37,363 nt of DNA from Candidatus Iainarchaeum sp. (GCA_021162685.1 JAGGYF010000035.1:1-37363), one strand, 5' to 3'. Positions 27,396-36,280 are shown, numbered from the stretch's first letter. Made by a program: numbers and translations. Notes: generated from the sequence alone by a model not told the origin.

Positions 27396-28262
27396 ATGGA
27401 AAAACTGGAGTATTATCTGGGTCCGCCGTTTAAACTTTTCGGGACTAGCGTATCCTTTGATGATGCAGATATCGTGGCTTATGGCATCCCTTTAGATTCA
27501 ACAACAACATTCAAGAAGGGATGTTCAAGAGGACCAAATGCGATTAGAGAGGCATCACTAGAAATTGAGACATTTATTTCAGATAGGAGTATAGATGTTT
27601 TGGATGTGAACTCAATCTGTGATATTGGAGATATATGGATCCCAAAAGGAGATGTTACACAGGCGTTGGACACCATTACAAAAGTGACATCTATCATCTT
27701 GAATGCAGGCAAACTTCCTATAGCGTTAGGAGGCGAACATCTAATCTCACTTGGGTGCGTTCGGGCTTTTGATGATATTTCTTTAGTTGTGTTTGATGCA
27801 CATGCTGATCTAAGAGATGAGTATATGGGCGATAAGTACTCTCATGCAACATGGTTGTACCATGCAATGTCAGTTATAAAACCAGAGAATATTCTAGTTG
27901 TGGGTGTTAGATCATTGAGTAAAGAAGAACATAAATTGGCTGAAGAAAAGGATATCACCATGTTGTTCATGCACGATATACTAAACGATATGGATGATAC
28001 ATTAGCACTTCTACGTGAAAAAACATCGGGAAAGCGCGTTTATCTAAGTTTTGATGTGGATGCATACGATACATCATATGTTCCTGCAACAGGCACACCA
28101 GAACCTGGGGGCTTGACAATCCACCAAGCAGCCGAATTCCTAAGAAACATCAACGGAGAGATTGTTGGAGTAGATATAACAGAAACAGCAAGGGATCCAG
28201 AGATGATTACACCAACAACTGCAGCGAAGACTATTGTTGAGATATTAGGTTTGTTTGCATGA
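27396..28262 (+). CDS. speB: Agmatinase (ureohydrolase family)
   Basis: GPNAIREAS, GGEH, DAHADL, SHA, SFDVDAYD, TGTPEPGG. Start moved to ATG 27396 because the longer ORF would overlap the divergent gene. Confidence 0.9.
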   Translation: MEKLEYYLGPPFKLFGTSVSFDDADIVAYGIPLDSTTTFKKGCSRGPNAIREASLEIETFISDRSIDVLDVNSICDIGDIWIPKGDVTQALDTITKVTSIILNAGKLPIALGGEHLISLGCVRAFDDISLVVFDAHADLRDEYMGDKYSHATWLYHAMSVIKPENILVVGVRSLSKEEHKLAEEKDITMLFMHDILNDMDDTLALLREKTSGKRVYLSFDVDAYDTSYVPATGTPEPGGLTIHQAAEFLRNINGEIVGVDITETARDPEMITPTTAAKTIVEILGLFA

Positions 28263-28601
28263 GATAATTTTGAGTATCCCATACGGCGTGTTATTATAAT
28301 ATTTCACAAATGCATTCGCCTTTATCCTTACCTTTTTTCTTGATTTTGTGTATCTTGTCCCTTCTACAATCTTTGGTTTTTCTGATGTGACAATGTCATA
28401 AAACAGTTTTCTTTGCGTTTCTATTTCTTCCGGTGGTGAGCCATCAAAAAAACTTCTTCCTTTCACTTCATCTAAACTATACCCAAGAATGTTTAGTATC
28501 CTATCCGAAACATACAACTCTTCTGTTGTGTACATATCAATGATAACATCCACATCCGGATTATCCCTTAAAATCTTCTTAACTGCATCCATACTAGTCA
28601 C
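28245..28601 (-). CDS. Stand-alone PAS-domain protein
   Basis: ILRDNPD...YVSDRILNILGYSLDEVKGRSFFD...TKSRKKVRI fits a PAS/PAC pattern. Confidence 0.75.
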   Translation of the reverse strand: MTSMDAVKKILRDNPDVDVIIDMYTTEELYVSDRILNILGYSLDEVKGRSFFDGSPPEEIETQRKLFYDIVTSEKPKIVEGTRYTKSRKKVRIKANAFVKYYNNTPYGILKIISCKQT

Positions 28602-29086
28602 TTATTTTGCAATCTTTTCATTATTTCATCAATCTTCCCCTCTTCCTCAACCTTTTTCATAAGCATTAGAGCAAACATATGTGATTCATCAACGCCATAC
28701 TGTTTAGCATACTGGCTCAAGACAGACATTACGTTTTCTGGAAGTCTCACTTTAACATCCTCAATCTCTTGCTCTGCGCGAATCTTTTCAACATGTGCTT
28801 TTATCTCTTCCTCTGTGAGGTCTGGCTCAGAAGCCAGAGAAGCATGCAACTCAACTAGATTTAAAGACAATTCCCTTCCCTTACGCGCGGCTTCTCTGTC
28901 CAGGATATCCTGCGCCCTTTCTATTGTTTCTTTGTCTTTGGGTGATACTGTCCTTGGGGCAACATACCTTACAAAATCAAGAATTGCTCGCCTATAAAAC
29001 TCGCTTGTGCGCGAATATCTTTTCTGTATAACCTCATCAGCCATGCGCTTTGTTTCTTTTGGTACTTTAAATATCCTTTCAATCAT
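28598..29086 (-). CDS. Putative DNA-binding protein with two ribbon-helix-helix domains
   Basis: RIFKVPKETKRMADE...YSRTSEFYRRAILDF and VKVRLPENVMSVLSQYAKQYGVDESHM both fit the CopG/RHH pattern. Confidence 0.65.
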   Translation of the reverse strand: MIERIFKVPKETKRMADEVIQKRYSRTSEFYRRAILDFVRYVAPRTVSPKDKETIERAQDILDREAARKGRELSLNLVELHASLASEPDLTEEEIKAHVEKIRAEQEIEDVKVRLPENVMSVLSQYAKQYGVDESHMFALMLMKKVEEEGKIDEIMKRLQNK

Positions 29087-29095
29087 AAAAATCAC

Positions 29096-29355
29096 TGGTA
29101 GTGGGCCATAGTCTGCCTTCTGTTTTAAGCGGCATTCGACTTAGCGTCCCTACGGACTTGCACGCTTTGAGGCCATGCGAGCACGTTCCACCTCCACACC
29201 ACCGCTCAGTTCTTCACATCATTGCTGTAGGCAGTGTAGGAGTATCGTTTCTGCTCTCGCACAGGGATTTGCACCCCGTTAAGGCCACCTTTTCAGGCGC
29301 GTGGGCAGAACTTCCTCAGGAGATTATCTCTCCCGTAGCCGCTCACCCACTACCA
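29096..29355 (-). ncRNA. rnpB: RNase P RNA, short, type-M-like
   Basis: Terminal P1 stem UGGUAGUGGG/CCCACUACCA. CR-I GAGGAAGUUCUGCCCAC is complementary to CR-V AACAGAAGGCAGAC (P4). GCAGAAAC and GUGCAAG elements present. 260 nt. Confidence 0.92.
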
Positions 29356-29399
29356 AGCGACTTTACAATAGCCGCTATATGTATTTCTATTGAGTGAGA

Positions 29400-29415
29400 T
29401 TTATAAATGTTTTGC
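29400..29415 (-). promoter_or_regulatory. Putative BRE/TATA for RNase P RNA
   Basis: GCAAAACA-TTTATAAA on the minus strand, ~45 nt upstream of P1. Confidence 0.5.
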
Positions 29416-29484
29416 AATATCGTTAGTTTTTCTTGTTTAATAGTTCTCTTAAAGAAAGATTATCAACTTTCTTAAGAAGTCTTC

Positions 29485-29757
29485 TCACATCTTCGTGGTC
29501 CTCCCTTTTTTATCGATCTTTTTCCTTACTAGTTCAATAAAATCTCGTGTATGGAGTTTTCCTTCATGCACAATCATTCTATGCCTATCTAAAAGAGTCT
29601 TGGACCATAGCGGATTATTTTCTATCTTTCTCGCAATTTCAATAAGCTCAGGCCTATTCCCTATCCTGCGTTCGGGCCCAACTCCTCTCATGAGCTCTCC
29701 TGCTTTTTTTACCTTGCATAAAACGCATTCTTGTGCGTTCAGCAGCTCTTTTGGCAT
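29485..29757 (-). CDS. Small basic hypothetical protein with a CxxC motif
   Basis: 90 aa. GGTGAT SD and a TTTATATA box upstream. Confidence 0.62.
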   Translation of the reverse strand: MPKELLNAQECVLCKVKKAGELMRGVGPERRIGNRPELIEIARKIENNPLWSKTLLDRHRMIVHEGKLHTRDFIELVRKKIDKKGRTTKM

Positions 29758-29828
29758 ATAATATCACCAGTGGCTTTTAGTTTTTGCAAATATATAAACT
29801 CAACGCAAAAATCCGAAGAAATAGAAGA

Positions 29829-29887
29829 TGTTCCCAGCCGAATTCGCTGCTGGGAACAATGTTCATAGGAAATTCCATCTATGAACA
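29829..29887. repeat. Two tandem hairpins downstream of 23S (3' ETS structure or terminator)
   Basis: TGTTCCCAGC-N10-GCTGGGAACA and TGTTCATAG-N10-CTATGAACA, flanked by U-rich tracts on the minus strand. Confidence 0.6.
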
Positions 29888-29919
29888 AAAAGAACGTTGC
29901 GCCCTCGGATTCCCGAAGA

Positions 29920-29945
29920 GTTGCATGTGAGGTGTAGGTTTAGAG
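29920..29945 (-). other. 3' arm of the 23S processing stem with canonical BHB
   Basis: Pairs with 34023-34048: 13-bp helix, 3-nt bulge, 4-bp GAGG/CCUC helix, 3-nt bulge, 6-bp helix. Confidence 0.9.
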
Positions 29946-30306
29946 GTTCGCACTCGAGCTCTTAGTACTCGCGGGCTGAACACGTCGCCGAAGCTTCGTG
30001 CTTACACCCCGAGCCTATCAAGCCCGTCTTCTACGGGTGCTCTCGTCCTCGTACGTAACCTCAGTTGCCCAAGGCACGTACAAGGAATGGCTGACTCGTT
30101 TTGGGGGGGGCTTCGTGCTTAGATGCCTTCAGCTCTTATCCCCTGGAGCGTAGCTGCCCAGCCTGCCCTGTCGGACAACTGGTAGACCAGAGGCTCCGAT
30201 CCATCGTTCCTCTCGTACTAGATGGACCTTCCCTCAGTCAGCCAACACTCCTACTAGGTGCCGCCATACTGTCTCGCGACGTACTGAACCCAGCTCACGT
30301 AAGCCT

Positions 30307-31355
30307 GTCATCTCCAGAGGAAGTCCGCTTATGACAATAATTTACCCAACCTTCGCAGCTGCTTTCCTTTTGTTGGATGTCTTGAAGGAATCAGTTGAAC
30401 AAACTTTTTCAACGAATTCCTTGCACATATAGCCAGATAATAATTTATTCTTTCACCAGAGTCCTTGTTTACTTTCCCAGAGTTGATTCCCATGTTTTCA
30501 AGCATTTCTTTGATATGCTTGAGCCCTTTGGGTTGTTTTGAGAAAACCTGATCTGAGGGTCTTCCTCCCTCACCAAACAGGTCCCTTCTGCATCCCAAAA
30601 ACCTGCAATGAAATGCTTTTGTATCTCTTCAGAAGCCTTCAAAACGCATTTTGGTGTTTCCCAGCTTGCCTGCGATTTAACAGGCATTTCCAATACTTTG
30701 TGGATATATTCTCCAACTAACTCGCTGTACAGCGTGAGAGTGGTTTGCTTGATAACTGGTCTCACACCAAACTGGTTCAGATAGATTGGCACGAGCGTTT
30801 CACGGAGCCAAGGTTGTTCGCTTTGCTCCATGCCCAGTCCAATGACGTTTCCATCGACTTGGATAAGCCAGCCATCTCTCAACGCACCTGCGAGATAAGC
30901 CAAATCCTTGTTGATTTGCATTGGAAAATGCACTGTCTTGGCTTTGTTGGTAACCATTTTCAAAGAGATTCTTTCAAACTCATCTACCAAACTGAGGTAG
31001 ATTTTTACTGGCAGGTTTCTCCTTCCACTCAAGTATTGATATGAAGTCCACTTGTTTACTCCAAAGTGTTTTTGAAGGTAAGTGGCTCCGCCTCTGTCTT
31101 TGAGTGTTTTTTGAATTACTTTGAACTCTTTCGAATTCAAAACAACTCTTGTCTTGACTGCCTTTTCTCCAAGAATCTCCATCAAATCAACACCACATAT
31201 CTGTTTTGTTTGTTGTGGTGTGATTTTCATTTTAATCACCGCTCCTACTCTTGGGAAAAGCAAGTATATATTGATTTAGCGTTAGCGACCGCGAAGCGGG
31301 AAATCAATATATACCTGCTGGCTTTCTGGTGAAAGAATGCGGACCTCCTACTGGT
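30307..31355 (-). mobile_element. 1049-nt archaeal BHB-type 23S intron (about E. coli 2565/2566) carrying a homing endonuclease gene
   Basis: Junctions CC-CAUC-AA^A...GAUG-AC^A-GG. Removal restores UUCACCCAUCAAAGGCUUACGUGAGCUGGG, whose GGCUU pairs with the upstream AAGCC. Intron terminal stem AGGAGGUCCGC/GCGGACUUCCU. Confidence 0.9.
30329..31230 (-). pseudogene. Two-motif LAGLIDADG homing endonuclease with HTH-like N-terminus, split by a -1 frameshift (pseudogene or recoded)
   Basis: LAYLAGALRDG and HFIAGFWDAEG. The C-terminal LKHIKEMLENMGINS...YYLAI...FVQLIPSRHPTK lies in the -1 frame. SD AGGAGCGGTGAT precedes ATG 31230. Confidence 0.85.
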
Positions 31356-31386
31356 TTGATGGGTGAACAACCCCACCCTTGGCTGC

Positions 31387-31430
31387 CTACAGCCGCACAA
31401 GCCAAGCTCTTGACGAGCGACTTGTGCGGT
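31387..31430 (-). mobile_element. 44-nt BHB-like mini-intron in 23S helix 91 loop (about E. coli 2534)
   Basis: GCAG-CA^A-[hairpin]-CUGU-AG^G. Removal restores GGCUGUGCAGCAGCAGCCAAGG. Confidence 0.88.
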
Positions 31431-34022
31431 TGCTGCACAGCCAGGATGGCTTGAGCCGACAGCGATGTGGCAAACCGCGGGGTCGATGTGGGCTCTTGCC
31501 CGCGACAACCCTGTTACCCCCAGGGTAGCTTTTCTGTCAGAACAGGCCCCCATCAAAAGGGACACTGTTGTTCGCTAAGCCCGGCTTTCGCCCCTGCGTT
31601 CCATGCTGTGCGGAACACAGTCAGGCCAGCGTTTGCCTTTGTCTCTTGACACCGGATTTCTGACCCGGTTAAGCTGACCATTGGGCGCCTTTGATACCTT
31701 TTCAAAGGCGTACCGCCCCAGTCAAACAGCCCACCTGGAGCTGTCCTCGCCGAAGCGAGTAAACGACACAGTTGGAACAAGGCAGTGTCTCATTGGCGCC
31801 TTCACACACCCTGACGAGCGTGCTTCGACGGCTCCTGCCTACGCTTAATAGTCCCAACCATGGCATAACACCAGGCTGCTGTAAAGCTCCATGGGGTCTT
31901 CGCGCCCCAGTAGGAGTCCGTGGCATTTTCACCACGTAGTAGGTTCACCAGGTTCCTCCCTGGGACAGTGGGAGTCTCGTTACGCCCTTCATGCAAGCCG
32001 CCAATTAAGCGGCGAGGTATTACGCTACCTTAAGAGGGTCAGAGTTACCCCCGCCCTTCACCGGCGCTTGGCTCCGTTGTGCCGGAGTTTAACGTACCGG
32101 CAGTGGGCAGACGTCAGCCCCCGTAAAAATGGTTGCCCATTGTCGGGGACCTACGTTTTTGGTAAACAGTCGGACTCCCCTTGTCACTGAGACCTGCTAC
32201 TCCCGAAGGGTAGCAGGCACCCCTTCTACCAAGGATACAGGGCCAATTTGCCGATTTCCCTAGGGAGGATTCTCCTGCCACACCTTAGCCTTTTCAGCCA
32301 GGGCACCTGTGTCAGTTCTGGGTACGATTACAACAGATCCCATTTCCTACGTTCCTTTTCATGGGTCCCTGGAATCGACCGAACCCTTGCGGGCCCATCC
32401 AGGTTTGTGGCACTTCTCTCCTTTACGGATCTCCATGCCACTATCCCTGTTAGACAGAACGACGGTTCTGCTCGGCCTATCCGGAGACGTCAGAACGTAG
32501 GCTTTCGTTGCCGAAGGGTACTGTTGTAGTACCGGAATATTAACCGGTTTCCCTTTCCCAGGCTTCGGGTTGCGGGCCTGGTTAGGATCGACTAACTCTC
32601 GGCTGACGAGCGTTGCCGAGAAACCCTTGCCCTTTCGGTGGTCAGGATTCTCACCTGACTTCGCTGTTACTACTGGCAGGATCTTCATTCCAGCAAGGTT
32701 CATTGGACCTTACGGCCCAACTTTATCCCTCGCCGGACGCCTCCTTACCAGATCAGAAGCAAAATGCTTCTGCTCTCAGGTATCGGTGGCTGGCTTAGCC
32801 CCGTCCATCTTCGCGGCCAATAACCTAGACGGGTAAGCTGTTACGCACTTTTTAAAGGATTGCTGCTTCTGAGCATACCTCCCCGTTGTTTTAGGCTATT
32901 GACTCGCTTTGCCTTTAACACTTAGCCAGCGCTTAGGGACCTTAACCTGAGGCTGGGTTGTTCCCCTTTCGGACGCGGAGCTTACCCCCACGCCCCGACT
33001 CCTGTCTTCTCAGACGCCAATACGTTCGGAGTTTGACAAGAAGGCTGAGAATTTCTTCCCTTGACCTTCTAATCAGTGCTCTACCGCATTGGCTGTCTCA
33101 GACAAGGTCATCCTACGAGATGTCTCAGGAGGAATCGGCTATTGCCCGGCTCGATTGGAATTTCACCCCTACACGCAGGTCATGGGAACGAATTGAGCTC
33201 AGCACCCCTTCGGTCCTCCATCAGCCAGATGGCTGACTTCAACCTGCCCACGTGTAGATCGCCCGGGCTTCCGATCTTACGGCCTTGATTAAGAGCCCTT
33301 ATGGGACTCTGCCCCTCTCCGAAGATGCGGGCTTTCGGTTTCCCTACGGCTTCGCTCCTAAGAGCTTAGCCTCACCAAGACCGTAAACTCCCTGCCTCAT
33401 GCTTCAAGACGAACGACGCAACCCTGGTTGGCTACTCTCGTACTAATGGCTTGCGCCATGTTCCTTCGAGTAGCTTAGCCTTTCAGGCCGCGTCTCATGT
33501 AACCGTTTGGTTTCAAGCGCTTTTCATCCCCCTTCCGGGGTCCTTTTCAGCTTTCCCTCACGGTACTAGTGCGCTATCGGTTTCAGGATGTATTTAGGGT
33601 TGGGAGTTGATTCTCCCAGTTCCCGCGCGACTAACCAACGCACGGTACTCTGGATCCCAGATAACAACCAACGCATTGCTCTCCTACGGGACTATCACCC
33701 TTTATCGTGCTGCATTCCAGCAGACTTCGGATTGCATGCATTGGCCGAATCTGGTCCACGACACCACATCTCCTGTAGATTGCTCTACAGGATTCGGTTT
33801 GCCCTGTTCCGCTTTCGGTCGCCCCTACTCACGGAATCGCGGTTGCTTTCTCCTCCTTCGGGTACTAAGATGCTTCAATTCCCCGAGTACCCCATTGTTG
33901 CCAATGAATTCGGGAATCCCAGGTTCTACGGCTGTATGCGCCTCGCCTGGGCTTATCGCAGCTGACCACGCCCTTCATCGGCTCCTGAACCAAGCTATCC
34001 ACCAAACGGCGTAACGCGAAGT

Positions 34023-34048
34023 CTCTAAACCTACATAACCTCTGCAAC
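34023..34048 (-). other. 5' arm of the 23S processing stem (BHB)
   Basis: Complementary to 29920-29945. Confidence 0.9.
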
Positions 34049-34148
34049 CGTCCTTTCGGACGCGCAACGTCACTGCGGATGTCCTGGCTAGGGACCTCCA
34101 CTCTGTTGCAATCACATTGCGTTTTTACACGCAATGCTCATCTGCAAA

Positions 34149-34220
34149 TGGACTCGGAGGGATTTGAACCCCCGACCCCTCGCGTGCAAGGCGAGTGCTC
34201 TTCCACTGAGCTACGAGCCC
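34149..34220 (-). tRNA. tRNA-Ala(UGC), CCA not encoded
   Basis: GGGCUCG/CGAGUCC acceptor stem with G3:U70, CUCGC-CUUGCAC-GCGAG anticodon arm, GUUCAAAUC T-loop. Confidence 0.97.
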
Positions 34221-34781
34221 ATGGTGAGGATTTCAAGGTTACTCAGCCCAGAGTAGTGGGGGATTTCCCCCCGTATGTGTGGGTCAGAACGATTCGGGTT
34301 CCCGTTTGCACACGTCACTTCCTTTTTAGAAAAGGAGGTGATCTAACCGCAGGTTCCCCTACGGTTACCTTGTTACGACTTAACCCTCCTCACAAAGTTC
34401 AGATTCGACTAGACCCTTGGTGGATCTAGCCTCGTCTGAACCTCGCTCGGATGGTTTGACGGGCGGTGTGTGCAAGGAGAAGGGACGTATTCACCGCGGG
34501 ATAGTGACCCGCGATTACTAGGGATTCCATCTTCATGAGGGTGAGTCCCAACCCTCAATCCGAACTAAGCCAAGGTTTACGGGTTTGGCTTCCCCTTTCG
34601 GGGTCGCATCCTATTGTCCTTGGCATTGTAGGCCGCGTGTAGCCCAGGAAATTCGCGGCATACGGACCTACCGTCGCCCGCTCCTTCCTCCGACTTATCG
34701 CCGGCAGTCCCTCCAGAGTGCACCTCCTTCCGTGGAAAGAGGTTTGCAACTGGAAGCACGGGTCTCGCTCGTTGCCTGACT

Positions 34782-34827
34782 TTCTGCCGTGACTGCCTCG
34801 AGCATCTTGACAACTCGCCAGTCACGT
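34782..34827 (-). mobile_element. 46-nt BHB mini-intron in 16S (about E. coli 1092/1093)
   Basis: C-CUGU-UA^A-CGUGACUG...CAGUCACG-GCAG-AA^A-G. Removal restores CCUGUUAAGUCAGGCAACGAGCG. Confidence 0.9.
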
Positions 34828-35395
34828 TAACAGGACACCTCACGGCACGAGCTGACGGTGGCCATGCACCAGCTCTCAGCGCGTCAAGTAAGCCCTTCAG
34901 GCTGACCATCATACTGCTGTCGATCCTAGTGAGATGTTCGGCGTTGTATCCAATTAAACCGAAGCCTCCACCCCTTTTGGTACGCCCCCGCCATTCCCTT
35001 TAAGTTTCATCCTTGCGGACGTACTCCCCAGGCGGCCGGCTTAACGGCTTCCCTACGGCGCAACACAACCTCGGAGGTTATGTTACACCAAGCCGGCATC
35101 ATTTACGGCTAGGACTAACCGGGTATCTAATCCGGGTCGCTCCCCTAGCTTTCGTCCCTCACCGTCGAGCCCGTTCCAGTTGGACGCCTTCGCCACCGAT
35201 GGTCCTCCCGGGATCACAGGATTTTACCCCTACCCCGGGACTACCTCCAACCCTTCCCGGCTCCAAGTCCTGCAGTATCCCTGGCAATTCCGATAGTTAA
35301 GCCACCGGATTTCACCAGGGACACACAGAACCGGCTACGGACGCTTTAGGCCCAATATACGTGAACACCACTCGGGCTGCCCGTATTACCGCGGC

Positions 35396-35439
35396 TTCCA
35401 GTTTGCGAGCACAGTTCTTAACATATTGTCCTCGCAAAT
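35396..35439 (-). mobile_element. 44-nt BHB mini-intron in the 16S 530 loop (about E. coli 523/524)
   Basis: G-CCAG-CC^A-UUUGCGAG...CUCGCAAA-CUGG-AA^G-C. Removal restores GUGCCAGCCGCCGCGGUAA. Confidence 0.9.
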
Positions 35440-35548
35440 GGCTGGCACGGGTCTTACCCAGCCCTTATTCCCCAAGCGGTCTAGACTTGGGAAAAGGCTA
35501 CATAAGTAGCCACTTGGAGTCCCCCTGTCACGCTTTCGCGCATTGCAG

Positions 35549-35579
<31 letters not shown>

Positions 35580-35929
35580 AGGGTCCTTGTCTCAGTACCC
35601 TTCTCCGGGCTACTGCTTTCACAGCCCGTACGGATCACAGGTTTGGTGAGCCGTTACCTCACCAACAGCCTAATCCGCCGCAGGCTCATCCTATGGCGCC
35701 CGAAGGCTTTGAGGAATGGAACGTTCCAGTATCCATTCCCTATAGCGTATTACCCTCAGTTTCCCGAGGTTATCCGCTACCATAGGGTAGATTACCCACG
35801 TGTTACTGAGCCGTTTGCCGAGTGCTCTAGGCACTCTGACTTGCATGGCTTAATCGGACTCCAATAGCGGTATTCTCCAGCAGGATCAACTGGAGTTTGG
35901 GCCAAATTAGGAGTACTTCCTTAATTGGC

Positions 35930-35958
35930 ACGGGAATGTCCCTTCGTTCTGACCCACA
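35930..35958 (-). other. 5' arm of the 16S processing stem (relaxed BHB; partner about 34278-34305)
   Basis: UGUGGGUCAGAACGA-AGGG-ACA-UUCCCGU pairs with ACGGGAA-CCC-GAA-UCGUUCUGACCCACA. Confidence 0.8.
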
Positions 35959-36128
35959 TCAGATGGAATAGCATAGCTTCCCATCCTCATGAAACTACAT
36001 GAGCATACATACTAGTGAGCATAATGCTACTACTCAGAAACCTCCTCTCGGAGATTTCCTCATGAAAGGCACCATTTTCGGTTCGAAAATGGCAAAAATC
36101 GTGCAAGCCTATATTATATTATTAGGGC

Positions 36129-36144
36129 TTTTTAAACCTTTCGG
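36129..36144 (-). promoter_or_regulatory. rRNA operon promoter (BRE + TATA)
   Basis: CCGAAAGG-TTTAAAAA on the minus strand, ~235 nt upstream of 16S. Confidence 0.75.
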
Positions 36145-36280
36145 TTGGCCGGTCGGGCAGAATTCGCAGGGGAGTAGGTTCTACCACAAAAAGCTAAGTG
36201 ATGAAAGCCATCTTTCCCCTTCAAAAGAAGTAGAGATTCTTATACTGGGAGTAGTTGGGGATTAAAGTCGCAAAGCCGTG

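Larger units (their letters stand above)
29946..34020 (-). rRNA. rrl: 23S rRNA, interrupted by two introns (ends approximate)
   Basis: Conserved sarcin-ricin loop AGUACGAGAGGAAC, peptidyl-transferase centre sequences, GGUAACUCUGACCCUCUUAAGGUAGC. About 2980 nt after intron removal. Confidence 0.97.

Noticed and set aside
29101-29397. 98-aa plus-strand ORF
   Set aside because: It is antisense to the RNase P RNA and has no protein-like features.
29760-29920. 5S rRNA downstream of 23S
   Set aside because: No 5S-like conserved sequence is present, only processing-stem and hairpin sequence.
31152-31158. GUCAAGA motif inside the large intron
   Set aside because: It lies within the endonuclease coding sequence, far from the splice site and not at an evident hairpin apex. 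It is probably chance.
30307-31355. Group I or group II self-splicing intron
   Set aside because: The ORF fills nearly the whole insert, leaving about 150 nt, too little for a ribozyme core, and the junctions form a BHB-like motif.
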